Shown: piece after piece, positions 15,853 through 26,061 of the stretch | Layout: the number at the start of each line of letters is the position of its first letter | How positions within the stretch are numbered: position 1 is the stretch's first letter | IMG/VR virus record: IMGVR_UViG_3300016722_000001 | Span: 1 to 31,637 of that record | DNA: 31,637 nucleotides | From: a virus | Taxonomy: Duplodnaviria; Caudoviricetes | Strand: one strand, 5' to 3' | The notes under the pieces: generated by a model | Told to the model about the DNA's origin: nothing | The model's database searches: none | The model's input: the letters and a program-made list of their open reading frames with translations, nothing else | Program-made: the position numbers and the translations under genes

Positions 15853-16172
15853 CCCAAGAGGAGTTCGCCAACGAACTGAACGACTTCCTCGTTTACGAAG
15901 TCGCGTTGATCAGGAACACGCTTCCTTACAAAACGGGTTTGCTTTCAGGGAAGAACGGTTCGGGCGGATTCCACCTCGAAAGAAACGAGAGGGGCTTCAA
16001 AATCGTCATAGACGAGAACATCGTGTTTTACGCCAAATACGTCAACGACCCCGATTGGGTCAGCAAGAAAACCGGAAACAAGAAGCGAACCGCCGATTTC
16101 TGGAATAAGTTGGTGGTGAACAAAATCACCGCCGACCTAATCGAATGGAGCAAAAAATATGGAACCGATTGA
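15849..16172 (+). CDS. HK97 gp10-like neck/tail-completion protein (107 aa)
   Basis: LPYKTGLL and YAKYVN motifs; gene order. Confidence 0.65.
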   Translation: MTQEEFANELNDFLVYEVALIRNTLPYKTGLLSGKNGSGGFHLERNERGFKIVIDENIVFYAKYVNDPDWVSKKTGNKKRTADFWNKLVVNKITADLIEWSKKYGTD

Positions 16173-17082
16173 TTTCTCCGAGTTGGTCGATTGGGTGAAA
16201 ATCCGTTGGGAGGCCACCGTTGCGGACTGCCAAGCGGACTATCCCGATTTCCCCGAAAATTACCTAAGCGATGACGTCCTTCCCGAAAAGAGGTTTTTCG
16301 AAACTTCCTTCATGATGGATTCGGGAACAATAAAAGGGGAGGTAGCCACGAACTCCGATGGGCGCGACAACTGCCAACTGAAATGCATCGTCTCCCATAG
16401 CGTGGGAAGCCAGGATTCCTCTTCCGACATTGAGACCTACGCCCAAACCGTCAGCATGACGATGCGCGCGCCCGAAAGGTGGCGCGGTTTCGTCACGAGG
16501 ATTTGGGAGCGTTTTTCTACCTCGCTTAAATCCGTGACCGCCACCATAGGCGGGAAATCATGCGTAGTGACTTCGGACGAACTTCCGAACTATGGTCCTA
16601 AAACGCAATCGGTCATTCAGGTTCAGGACACGTCCGAGAGTTTCGGCGTGTCGTTCTCTTTTATCTTAGTGGCCTTTGACGGGCCTTTGATGTCAAATCT
16701 TTTCTCGCTGACTTTGGGGATTTACGACCCTGCGGGAGCCTTGGTCGCTGAAGGGCCTATCCCTTTCGGAAAGGTTTCTTATGCCTCTTCCTATGAACTC
16801 ACGGCGAACCTCGATAAGGAAATCACCAAGACCAGCAGGCAGAACTTCCGCGCCCTTTTAGTCAACATTCAAGCAATTCTACCCGACTCCGCCATCGCGA
16901 GGGCAATCATAACCGACGTGGAGGACGGAACCTATTTCGGCCATTCCTACAAACTCGCCAAAACAGGGCCGACATCGACTTCGATTAAATGGCTTATAAT
17001 CCAAAAGTCGGCGGTAACTTATATTTACGGCTCATTGGTTTCGTGGGAGGCGGAGTTCATCCCGTTCAACAATGGAAATTAA
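16159..17082 (+). CDS. Tail protein (307 aa), possible tail-terminator plus tail-tube fusion
   Basis: Occupies the terminator slot at about twice the usual size; C-terminal beta pattern (IIQKSAVTYIYGSLVSWEAEF) resembles the end of a tube fold. Confidence 0.5.
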   Translation: MEPIDFSELVDWVKIRWEATVADCQADYPDFPENYLSDDVLPEKRFFETSFMMDSGTIKGEVATNSDGRDNCQLKCIVSHSVGSQDSSSDIETYAQTVSMTMRAPERWRGFVTRIWERFSTSLKSVTATIGGKSCVVTSDELPNYGPKTQSVIQVQDTSESFGVSFSFILVAFDGPLMSNLFSLTLGIYDPAGALVAEGPIPFGKVSYASSYELTANLDKEITKTSRQNFRALLVNIQAILPDSAIARAIITDVEDGTYFGHSYKLAKTGPTSTSIKWLIIQKSAVTYIYGSLVSWEAEFIPFNNGN

Positions 17083-17566
17083 CATCAACCTGAACAACGT
17101 GGCTTCCAAGCAGGAGAAGTCCGATCAAACCCTCAAAACCGCCGAGGGGAAAACCTCCGATGCCGTCAAGACGAAGGAGAAAAAGGCTTCCGAGGATATA
17201 AAGAAGGGTTTGAAAGCCGCCGTCATTTTCTCGTATTCCAAGCAAGCGGTGACCTCAATCGCCTCTTCGCGGATTTCGATGATAGGCTCGACTTACAGCG
17301 ATGAGGCGTTCCAAAACAGGGTGTCTAACATTTACTCCAAATCCCTGGATGTCGGCGGTTCGGTGATTTCCTCCGCCATCGCCTTTTCCGCCAACCCGAT
17401 AATCGGAGCGATAGTGACTGGCTTGGCGGTTCTCCAAAAAACCGTGTCGGCCTATTCCGCGAGCATGGCTTGGGCCGAACAAAAGAGAGATGAGACAATA
17501 AGCAACTCTCGAAGGGCCGAACGGCTGGGGGTTGTCAGTTCTGGCCTATCACGGAGGAATTTCTAA
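17072..17566 (+). CDS. Putative miniature tape-measure-like protein (164 aa)
   Basis: MEININL start, Ala/Ser-rich helices and a hydrophobic hairpin (AIAFSANPIIGAIVTGLAVL); precedes the hub gene. Confidence 0.55.
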   Translation: MEININLNNVASKQEKSDQTLKTAEGKTSDAVKTKEKKASEDIKKGLKAAVIFSYSKQAVTSIASSRISMIGSTYSDEAFQNRVSNIYSKSLDVGGSVISSAIAFSANPIIGAIVTGLAVLQKTVSAYSASMAWAEQKRDETISNSRRAERLGVVSSGLSRRNF

Positions 17567-20500
17567 TGCCATTACTATCTTACCCAAGATACGAAATATC
17601 GATAACCTCGATAACGCAATCGACCGCCGATGGCTACGATTCCGCGAAAGGGATGATAGTCGTCAGAAAAGGCGGGTCGCTATGGCTTGCCGTCTCTTTG
17701 CTGACGGCCAATTTCCACATCGTCAAAAGGCTTAGCGCCAATGTTAAGCAGGAAACGGACGCTTCCGCGACGATTAACGACGCCGACACCCAACTTTACG
17801 CTTTCGGAGATAATTTGGGTTATGTCTTCGCGAGCGGTTACAACGACGGATTCGGAGATGAAAACTCTTTGTCTCATTTCGGCCTAAGGTACGTCGACAT
17901 TGGTTTGGGTAACGGAGGCATAAGCGGAAATGGCTATTCAATTTCGTCAACCACGCCCGTGGCCGCGGGCCTCTATTGCCTGAACACAAAAATAGCCACC
18001 CCGTCATTGTCCATAACCCGCAACGACGAGTTAAATGGGTTTCAGGCGATTCCGACCGCCGAGGTGATAATAACCCCCAATCCCGTCGCTTACCAAGACG
18101 AGGCCCCTTCCTATTGGCTTTTGAAAATAGACATCGACGGATTCGGCGTAAGCTATCAAAAAATCCCGTATTCGCTTCGGTCGTTCAGGTTGAGGCTATC
18201 CTCGGGAATCATACTTTACTCCGTAATCGGTTTGTCCGATGGGACAACCTCTGGGGGGAGCCTTATTTCGGCCTTTCCCGTTTTGCCGACCTCATATACG
18301 GTGCTTTTGTCCTATTCGCCTGGCGGAAACGATTCGGACGCTTCGCCGGAAACCGAAATAAACAACGTCGTCGGCGCCCCTTCCGTCACTGTCAAAAACG
18401 GCCCCGTGGCCTTTTGGGGAACGGTCTCCAACGCCGGAGTGGCCAATGTGTCGGTCGATGGGGTTTACGCTTCCATCAACTATGCGCAAAATGGGCAGTT
18501 TTCCATAACGTCTTTCGGCAAAAACATAAAGGTGAAATCGTCGAACTTAGGCGGCGGTCTCACTGAGGATTTTGAGGAATCCAACACGGTTAACTGCTCG
18601 TCTTTGAAAGCGGGAACTCCGACCATCGCTTGGACAGCTCCGGGAATTTTGGGCATAACCTACGGGGTCGGCTCCTCGTCTTCTTCGGTTTCCATCGGTG
18701 GGGCTTCCGTGCCCGCCTCGTCCTCAATAGATTTATCGGCATACGCCTCCGATGGCGTTACTTTGCCAGTCAAAGCCGTTGCCAACGCCGATGGATCGAT
18801 CACCGGCGACGTTTCGGGCGTTTGCTACCTTTACAACCAAAACAGCGACGAATCCGCCTCCGTGTCGCTTCAAGGGATAAAACTAGGCCGTCCCTCGATT
18901 TCCTACTCTTCCAGCAAGTTCTCTTGGCTCGCCGTGAGCGGAGCGACCTCTTACGACGTTTACGTAAACGGCGTTTTCAGAATTAACACAACGGCTTTGG
19001 AATACGACCCCGCCGAAACCACGGGAACGGGTTACGTAGTAGCGAAGGGGACGAACACGTTCACTTCTTCGCTTTCCGTCATTTATGACGACAGCGACCC
19101 CAGCGAAAGTTTGGGCTCCGGAATCCTCGACACCCCGGTCGCAACGGTTTCCTCGAACGTGATTTCTTGGTCTTCGATTCCCAACGCCGATTCCTATTCG
19201 ATTTTCCAAGAGATAGGCGGAACCTATTCCGAAATCGGCTCAACCGCGTCATTGTCATATTCGATAACCGGTTCCGAGGAAGGGACGTTCAATTACAAAA
19301 TCCAAGCGGTCAGCAAAACCCCTTCGCTCGATTCATCGGCTCTTTCCTCGCCCGTCTCAATGATTTTCTCCCGACTTCAAAAGCCCTTGTTGTCGGTTTC
19401 CCCCGACGGGAAGACCATCTACGTTTCGCCCGAATCGGGAGCCTACCCCACGGTAACTATAAAAATTTCGTTGAACAATAGGCTGTTAACCACATCGGGC
19501 GAACCCGTTTCGACCGATGGGGCGCGAGTAAGCGGAAGGAACGAGGCGGTGGCGCGGGCGTTCTCGGACGACCCACTGACACTGTCGTCTCCTTCGAGTT
19601 CGATATTGTATTTCATCGTAGAGAACGTCGGCACGGTTTACAAAGCGTACATAAACGGCGTGGGCTATGGTGTCGGTTATCCGATTTCGCTTAATTTCAC
19701 CTTCGATGAGACTTTGGAAACGGGCACGATAATCCTCGATTTGGAGGACACCAAGGCCATCAGGGAGCCTTTCGAGGCGTTCCAGCGGATTGCCTTGATA
19801 TCCTATGACGGCAATGGCGTTGAGAAAGTGAGATGGTGTTTCGACATCGAATCCGACCAAGTCACGGAAAAGCAGTTCGGAACCTCCGGCGAGTTTCTTC
19901 ACACGATAACGGTAATCGGTTTGTCGAAGGAACTCCAAACAACCGTAATGCCCGATTTATCCATCACGCAACCACTCGATGTCGTCCAACGGCAATACGC
20001 GGTCGCGGATAAAAACAACTACGGAAGATGGTTTTTGTGGGATTTCCAGCAAGACGGGATTTGGAGTCTGCCTATCGCGTTGCATGGTTATTGGCTTTTC
20101 ATCGGGCAAGACGAAAGCGGAAACACTTACTCTTCGGTCAATTCGGGCGACATGAGGAAAAGCCTCGAATACGGGAAAACCGTGCTTCTTCCCGATTGGG
20201 CCATAAGTTCGCTGATTTGGAGGAACACGGAGCAGTCTTACGTAAATCCGTTCACGGAGTTCTTCCACCCGATGAAAAGATGGTTTGTTCGTGGAAGATT
20301 GTCAACCGACTCCGTTTGGACGAGGGCGGAGATTCTCGCGAGAATCAATAATCCGAGTTCGTGGCAAGCCTCTTTCGCTCTCACCGCTTCTAGCGATGAT
20401 CCGATTTCCGCCCAGTATTTCAACATTCCGGCGACGGGCTCGTCCGAGGTTTACGATGTTTATCTCTACGTTGACCCGATAATGAAGGACATCAACGCCT

Positions 20501-22962
20501 TAGGCTCCGTGTACGCCACGGTCAACCTCACTGGTCTGTATGAGCAAAATGTTGATTCAAATCATCATTACGTGGATTCCGATGATGTATTCCTCGTCTC
20601 TTGGAATTTTTCCACAGTCGCCGCGAACGTCCTTCCCAACGCGGTTACCATTGGAAAGGCGCTGGATAGGATTGTCGGAGCCGTCAAACCCCAACGGGTC
20701 AATAAAGGGATAATCCAAAACCCTAAATATTCCTGGTACCTTTCGTTGCATGCGACCGAAATAGCCGATGAGGAAACATGGAGCGGGGGTAAAACCTTAT
20801 GGGAAATGCTTTCCGATTTAGGCCGGCAGTTCGGCGGGATTCCGCGCCTCAATCCCGACAACTCAATCACTTTCGACATATTGGGGGAAACGAAAACCGG
20901 AAACCCGTTTTTCGTGGAACCCAATGTGGTCATTCAAGGAAACTCGGACATGGACAACCACGCTTCCGCCTTGGTTACGCAGGCCAAGAACATCACCACG
21001 ATAGACCAATGGGAGACGTGGCCTTACGAAGGTGGCTGGGCGGCCCCGAAAGCGAGTGACCACAGCGCGGCTTACGTAACGCGCGGGAACATGGCTATAA
21101 GGCTTCCGCGCGACATCGACCAGATTTACTCGGTCGAGGCCAAGGACATGGGCCACAATGGCGAAGAGACGATAATCTACAAGCAAGGGACGAACGTCAA
21201 AAGGTGTTTGGAGAAAACCATTTGGTCGCTTTTGCCTGAGGCCGATGATTCGTCAAGCGGATACTATTCGAAATCGGGTTGCTTGACGTATTCGAGGGGA
21301 AGCGATTCCATCGAGAACCTCGGAGCGCTCACCGCCACGACTGAAACCGAAACGATTTTCGGGCTATCCAGCGGGCAATACGTGATTTCCAACATCATCT
21401 CGAAAATCAAGGGGTATGCCTCCGCTTCGGAAATAGACCCTTCGAGATTGCTGTTCAGGGTGGTTTACAAACCTTACGTGGACGAAACCATCACGGTCGA
21501 GCAACCCGACCAGTCGGAGGAGCGCGCCCATTCCGTGCTGGCTTTCAACCAAGACGGGAACACGTTGTCCGATTCGCGTTTGGGCAAGGTCATGGAGGAC
21601 AAGGTTTCAAGGCTTGGCAACAACTCGTTTCAGCGCACCAGCAAGACTTTGGGAATCGAAAACATACCGATGATTGGGCAATCCGCCATCGTGGGCGATT
21701 CGGTCTATTACGCCGATAAAATAAACGTCTTGATTGATTGCAACTTCATCGAAGCCTCGGTTTCGTATACCAAAAACAAGAATAACATCGACCCGCGCGT
21801 CGGCGTTTCTTCCGAGTATCGGCAATATGAGATTTACGCCGACAACTTCGTGCGCAGGCAAGTCAACTGCGATGTTTACTGCGTTATTTCCAAGTCGGTT
21901 TACAGCGGGGACTCGGTCGTTGAGGCCAATTCTGCTTATGGTATGCCCAAAGCTTTATGGTATTTCTTCAGCGGAACCCCGATGAAGAGGCCCACGGCGT
22001 TTTACGTGAGATCTTCGTCAGCGGTTCTTAAGGCGGTTTTGAGAAACGTTCCCATAAAGGTTCAGTCAATTACCAAGTACGATGGCTCAACCGCCTCGGC
22101 TTCCCTTTTGTCCGATGTTGACTATTCCGTTGAGAAGGAAAGCAAAATCGCCTACACCTTGTTTTCCGGCGACGTCGCCAGCATTGGCTACGGCGCGGTT
22201 TTGCACGCCGATTTCCGAGCAATAGGGAACTCGGTCACCTTCCACGCCGAATCGGTTGACAACTATTCCTTCGGCGTTTGCGCCACGGGTGAGGAAACCG
22301 CCCTGGACCCATTGGCGTGGGATTGGCTCGGGACGGGGAAATACATACAAAGGGACGTGCGTTACGTTGACGACCAAGGGCGCTGCGACCTGATTTCGTT
22401 CGCCCTTGGGATACCTGACCCCAATCTTATCTATTCGTCCGCCGATTCTAACGCGTTGGAGAAACGCGCGAGGAAATACCCGATGGCTGAATGGACTTTG
22501 TCGCCCAACGACAAAATGAACAGCGTGCTGATGAACGCCCAATATTATGTTAACAAAGACAATCGCGAGGCATTATCGTTTCAATATGCTTGCCATTTCC
22601 TGAGTTTCGACTCAACGATCAAGACCCGTTCGGCATTGGCTTCAAGACTTTTCTCGGAGACTTCCGATATTTCGTTCGTGCTTTTGAAGAAAGACCCGAT
22701 GTCCAAAGAAATACTAAGCGATTCGGATTTCGAGGCCGTGCAATCAACAGTTACTTCCACGAGGTCGCGTAATTCCGTTTCGATCAATCCCGGAACCTCT
22801 TCCGTCACTCCTGTGGCCGATTGCTGGGGTTACGCTTACGTGATTGATTCCCGCGTTCCGCTTATCGAGGTCAAAGAGCACATGGCTTCGGGAGTGGCCC
22901 ATTCTTTAAGCGGTCTCTGTCTAACGGTTGTTGACACGTTGCCGGAGTGGAGAAATGAGTAA
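17566..22962 (+). CDS. Large tail-tip protein (1798 aa): FN3/Ig-like repeats then a hub-like region
   Basis: FN3-type motifs FSWLAVSGATSYDVYVNG and ISWSSIPNADSYSI; later TFDETLETGTIIL and KTLWEMLSDLGRQFGGIPRL, resembling hub/Tal proteins. Confidence 0.75.
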   Translation: MPLLSYPRYEISITSITQSTADGYDSAKGMIVVRKGGSLWLAVSLLTANFHIVKRLSANVKQETDASATINDADTQLYAFGDNLGYVFASGYNDGFGDENSLSHFGLRYVDIGLGNGGISGNGYSISSTTPVAAGLYCLNTKIATPSLSITRNDELNGFQAIPTAEVIITPNPVAYQDEAPSYWLLKIDIDGFGVSYQKIPYSLRSFRLRLSSGIILYSVIGLSDGTTSGGSLISAFPVLPTSYTVLLSYSPGGNDSDASPETEINNVVGAPSVTVKNGPVAFWGTVSNAGVANVSVDGVYASINYAQNGQFSITSFGKNIKVKSSNLGGGLTEDFEESNTVNCSSLKAGTPTIAWTAPGILGITYGVGSSSSSVSIGGASVPASSSIDLSAYASDGVTLPVKAVANADGSITGDVSGVCYLYNQNSDESASVSLQGIKLGRPSISYSSSKFSWLAVSGATSYDVYVNGVFRINTTALEYDPAETTGTGYVVAKGTNTFTSSLSVIYDDSDPSESLGSGILDTPVATVSSNVISWSSIPNADSYSIFQEIGGTYSEIGSTASLSYSITGSEEGTFNYKIQAVSKTPSLDSSALSSPVSMIFSRLQKPLLSVSPDGKTIYVSPESGAYPTVTIKISLNNRLLTTSGEPVSTDGARVSGRNEAVARAFSDDPLTLSSPSSSILYFIVENVGTVYKAYINGVGYGVGYPISLNFTFDETLETGTIILDLEDTKAIREPFEAFQRIALISYDGNGVEKVRWCFDIESDQVTEKQFGTSGEFLHTITVIGLSKELQTTVMPDLSITQPLDVVQRQYAVADKNNYGRWFLWDFQQDGIWSLPIALHGYWLFIGQDESGNTYSSVNSGDMRKSLEYGKTVLLPDWAISSLIWRNTEQSYVNPFTEFFHPMKRWFVRGRLSTDSVWTRAEILARINNPSSWQASFALTASSDDPISAQYFNIPATGSSEVYDVYLYVDPIMKDINALGSVYATVNLTGLYEQNVDSNHHYVDSDDVFLVSWNFSTVAANVLPNAVTIGKALDRIVGAVKPQRVNKGIIQNPKYSWYLSLHATEIADEETWSGGKTLWEMLSDLGRQFGGIPRLNPDNSITFDILGETKTGNPFFVEPNVVIQGNSDMDNHASALVTQAKNITTIDQWETWPYEGGWAAPKASDHSAAYVTRGNMAIRLPRDIDQIYSVEAKDMGHNGEETIIYKQGTNVKRCLEKTIWSLLPEADDSSSGYYSKSGCLTYSRGSDSIENLGALTATTETETIFGLSSGQYVISNIISKIKGYASASEIDPSRLLFRVVYKPYVDETITVEQPDQSEERAHSVLAFNQDGNTLSDSRLGKVMEDKVSRLGNNSFQRTSKTLGIENIPMIGQSAIVGDSVYYADKINVLIDCNFIEASVSYTKNKNNIDPRVGVSSEYRQYEIYADNFVRRQVNCDVYCVISKSVYSGDSVVEANSAYGMPKALWYFFSGTPMKRPTAFYVRSSSAVLKAVLRNVPIKVQSITKYDGSTASASLLSDVDYSVEKESKIAYTLFSGDVASIGYGAVLHADFRAIGNSVTFHAESVDNYSFGVCATGEETALDPLAWDWLGTGKYIQRDVRYVDDQGRCDLISFALGIPDPNLIYSSADSNALEKRARKYPMAEWTLSPNDKMNSVLMNAQYYVNKDNREALSFQYACHFLSFDSTIKTRSALASRLFSETSDISFVLLKKDPMSKEILSDSDFEAVQSTVTSTRSRNSVSINPGTSSVTPVADCWGYAYVIDSRVPLIEVKEHMASGVAHSLSGLCLTVVDTLPEWRNE

Positions 22963-22966
22963 GGTG

Positions 22967-22995
22967 TTTAACGCTCTTGGGAAATGTGGTATAAG
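22967..22995 (+). promoter_or_regulatory. Putative internal promoter upstream of the fibre gene
   Basis: TTTAAC-N17-TATAAG with TG extension, in one of the few gaps of the rightward arm. Confidence 0.55.
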
Positions 22996-23035
22996 AGTTA
23001 TGGAAACTCTAAGTTTTTTGCACTGGAGGGAAAAC

Positions 23036-25330
23036 ATGAATTACCAAAAGGTTTGGGTCGACGAGCATTGCCGGAAAACCGCGACCGAGGGAATGAACCT
23101 CGCGCAGAATTCCTCCGACAACGAATTATGGCTTTTTTCCAAAACGCGATACGCGAACGTCAAGGTGGCTTTCCGCTTGCCTACCGGAAGCCTCCATTAC
23201 GATTTGCACATGGCCTATTTGGGCTACGACGACGACCAAGAGGCGTATAAGTACGCCCTCGCGATACCTTATTCCGTAACCAATTTCACGTTGCCGTCCG
23301 CGACTGGGAAACTGAGCGTGTCTTTCCATTGCTGGCAACTCAACGACTTCTCCAAAGGCGGAGAGGCCGTGTGCGATACCGCCATCATCGTGAACAGGTC
23401 TTCCAACGCGGAAGTCTACGACCCATCATACAACGGCGAGGACATCGAGAGCCTTTGGCGTTTGCTTGGGCAGACCTCGGCGGAAATCACCGGAGGGGAT
23501 TTGCTCATTCACGTCCTTTCCGCGTTGCCCGCGTCAACGGCGGGGTACGAACCCGATTCGGTCATAGCGGTTCTGGTCGATGGCGACATCGCCTTCTACA
23601 AGAACGCTTCCTCCGCGTGGGTAAAATACACCTTCAAGGAAATGCAAACGGAGATAGACGCGAACGAATCGGCTATTTCCGCCGAAGCCACGGCGAGGCA
23701 AAACGCCGATGCCGTTCTACAAGGGAACATAGACGCGAACTCCTCCGCCATCTCCGCCGAAACGTTGGCTAGGCAAAGCGCCGACTCGGCTCTCCAAAAC
23801 AACATCGACACAAACTCCTCCGCCATAGCGCAGGAGATCATAGATAGGTCATCCGCCGTTTCAGCCGAGGCGCTCGCGAGGGAAAACGGCGATTCCACCA
23901 CGTTGGCCTCCGCGCAGAGTTACGCGGATTCCAAAGTCGCCTCCGTCTACAAACCCAAGGGAAGCGTCGCTACTTACGCCGATTTGCCGTCCACCCCATC
24001 TACGGGAGACGTTTACAACGTAATCGCGGCCTATGGCAACGTTCCCGCGGGAACCAATTTCGTTTGGAACGGAACGGCGTGGGACGCGTTGGGCGGAACG
24101 GTCGATTTATCAGGCTACGTTCCCACTTCTAGAACCGTGAACGGGCACGCGCTAACCGCCGATGTGACGGTGACGAAAGCCGATATTTTGGGAACCTACG
24201 GCGGAACGCAGGTCACCGACCTTAACGCCATAGTTTTCAGCGGTTTCTACACTTGCCTCGGAACCGCGACGGGCGTTCCCAATTCGTCTTCATCGTGGTA
24301 CGTCACCCACGTCAATTCCAACACGGGAACCGCCGATGCCACCCAAACCGCCGTGTCTTTCGGCACGATGGTTGTCTATTACAGGGTCAAAACCGCCTCA
24401 ACTTGGGGCGCTTGGGTTCAGGAAACGTACAAGACCGCATTCGACAACGCCGGAACGTCATTGGACACGATAGTCATAAAAGGCGCGAAATATAAGGTCA
24501 TTCCGTGCGGAAGCGCAAACGGAGCTTCTGCTTTATCAGGCGGCGCCACAGCAATTTCAAACGGTTCGCACGCTGTCTCTTATGGCGAATATTCTAGCGC
24601 TTTGTCTGCGGACTCAATCTCGATAGGAAACGCCGCATATACCATTGGCATAGGGGGCACATCAATAGGAAGCGCGGCCAACGCAGGCGGACTTTATGGC
24701 GTTTCGGTTGGTTTTCTTTCCGATGCCAGGATAGCGAAATGGGCCACTTTCGATGGCAATACAGCGGATGGGACGAATCCTATCAATAGATATTTGAGCC
24801 TTTACTCGCCGGATTTTATCCTTTTCCGAAACGAGGACGTTTCGCGTTCAAAATACTCGGCTTCCGCTTACGCCTATCTTAAAGCGCTGACGGATTATCT
24901 AGGAACCGGAGCGCCCAACGTCGTCACGACCGAAACGCTCGCCGGGATATTCGCCGGAACATCGGCGAACTTCGACGTGTCCGGAACGGGCACGGCGGGA
25001 GACCCGTACATCGTCACCCCGAAAGTTAACGTGAATAACCCGCACGCTCGGAAAATCTACCAAATCACCGCGACGGCCCCGGCCTCGGATACCTATTTCC
25101 GGTTCAAGGCCTCGGGAGTCGAGAGGTGCATGGTTCGGATAATCTCGAACCTATCCACGGCGACGTACAGCTATTTCCTCAACTTCATAGACCTGTACGG
25201 GCACGTCCGCTCGCGGAACAAGCTGAACGGCGGGACGCTCGTGTCTGCCGACATCAACTCGAAGACGGGCAACGCCGAGATTTACCTTGACGTTAACTCG
25301 CCGGAAATGTACGCCACCCAAGCGATTTAA
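23036..25330 (+). CDS. Tail fibre / receptor-binding protein (764 aa, start MNYQKVW)
   Basis: GGAGG RBS; BppU-like N-term; ISAE..ARQ.AD coiled-coil repeats; KGSVATYADLP; VPTSRTVNGHAL; knob-like DLNA...WGAW; YadA-like SISIG repeats. Confidence 0.85.
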   Translation: MNYQKVWVDEHCRKTATEGMNLAQNSSDNELWLFSKTRYANVKVAFRLPTGSLHYDLHMAYLGYDDDQEAYKYALAIPYSVTNFTLPSATGKLSVSFHCWQLNDFSKGGEAVCDTAIIVNRSSNAEVYDPSYNGEDIESLWRLLGQTSAEITGGDLLIHVLSALPASTAGYEPDSVIAVLVDGDIAFYKNASSAWVKYTFKEMQTEIDANESAISAEATARQNADAVLQGNIDANSSAISAETLARQSADSALQNNIDTNSSAIAQEIIDRSSAVSAEALARENGDSTTLASAQSYADSKVASVYKPKGSVATYADLPSTPSTGDVYNVIAAYGNVPAGTNFVWNGTAWDALGGTVDLSGYVPTSRTVNGHALTADVTVTKADILGTYGGTQVTDLNAIVFSGFYTCLGTATGVPNSSSSWYVTHVNSNTGTADATQTAVSFGTMVVYYRVKTASTWGAWVQETYKTAFDNAGTSLDTIVIKGAKYKVIPCGSANGASALSGGATAISNGSHAVSYGEYSSALSADSISIGNAAYTIGIGGTSIGSAANAGGLYGVSVGFLSDARIAKWATFDGNTADGTNPINRYLSLYSPDFILFRNEDVSRSKYSASAYAYLKALTDYLGTGAPNVVTTETLAGIFAGTSANFDVSGTGTAGDPYIVTPKVNVNNPHARKIYQITATAPASDTYFRFKASGVERCMVRIISNLSTATYSYFLNFIDLYGHVRSRNKLNGGTLVSADINSKTGNAEIYLDVNSPEMYATQAI

Positions 25331-25343
25331 GGAGGGGAAAACC

Positions 25344-25550
25344 ATGATTAAAGCAACTGTGAAAGACGAAGCCGAGTTGAAGTCCCTAGAGACCCAAAAA
25401 GGATACCAAGTCCATTTTGAGGAAGGGGACGAGGCCATCGTGGGCGGAGTTCATATTATCCTGATCGGCGGAGCGTGGGCGGATTACGAGGCCCACATGA
25501 AAGCCGAGGCCGAGAGGCTGAAAGCCGAAGCGGAGGCGAAGAATGACTGA
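25344..25550 (+). CDS. Small hypothetical protein (68 aa, MIKATVK), possibly fibre-associated
   Basis: AAGGAGG RBS; follows the fibre gene. Confidence 0.75.
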   Translation: MIKATVKDEAELKSLETQKGYQVHFEEGDEAIVGGVHIILIGGAWADYEAHMKAEAERLKAEAEAKND

Positions 25551-26061
25551 CATGGACAAGCTTTTCCAAAGGTTGCAAGGGTATAACCTTTCTACCGATT
25601 CGCCCCAAAAACTCGCGATAGCCGTTTCCGCTTTGGCGAATGCGGTCGCCACGATTTCCGCGACTGGCCCGGTTTCGTTCAGCCAATTCGATTCGCTGGA
25701 AGCCGAAGCCACGCTGCCAAGCGCGGGAGTTTGCTCCGTCAGGTTCCGTTGCTATTTGCCCAATTGGGATTTCGCCAACGACGGCTGGGAGAGCGAGTTT
25801 CACTTCTCGCCCGTCCTGGGGACCCCCTTGAAGTTCAGACTAAACATCTCAAGGGCTTTGAGGGCCGCCAACAAAGGGAAGCCGATAGCGGTTTCCGCGA
25901 GTTCGGCATTGACTTGGGGCATCGTGGTGGTCGATTCGGACGGAAACGAGTTCGCGTCCGCCAATCAGTCCATCTCGATTTGCCAAACCAACCTCGGAGA
26001 CGTTTCCGAAGACGATTTGGATAGGGCGTTCGCCCTTCTAAATGGAATGGAGGCATTATGA
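25543..26061 (+). CDS. Hypothetical protein (172 aa)
   Basis: GGAGG RBS; overlaps neighbours; beta-rich core. Confidence 0.8.
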   Translation: MTDMDKLFQRLQGYNLSTDSPQKLAIAVSALANAVATISATGPVSFSQFDSLEAEATLPSAGVCSVRFRCYLPNWDFANDGWESEFHFSPVLGTPLKFRLNISRALRAANKGKPIAVSASSALTWGIVVVDSDGNEFASANQSISICQTNLGDVSEDDLDRAFALLNGMEAL

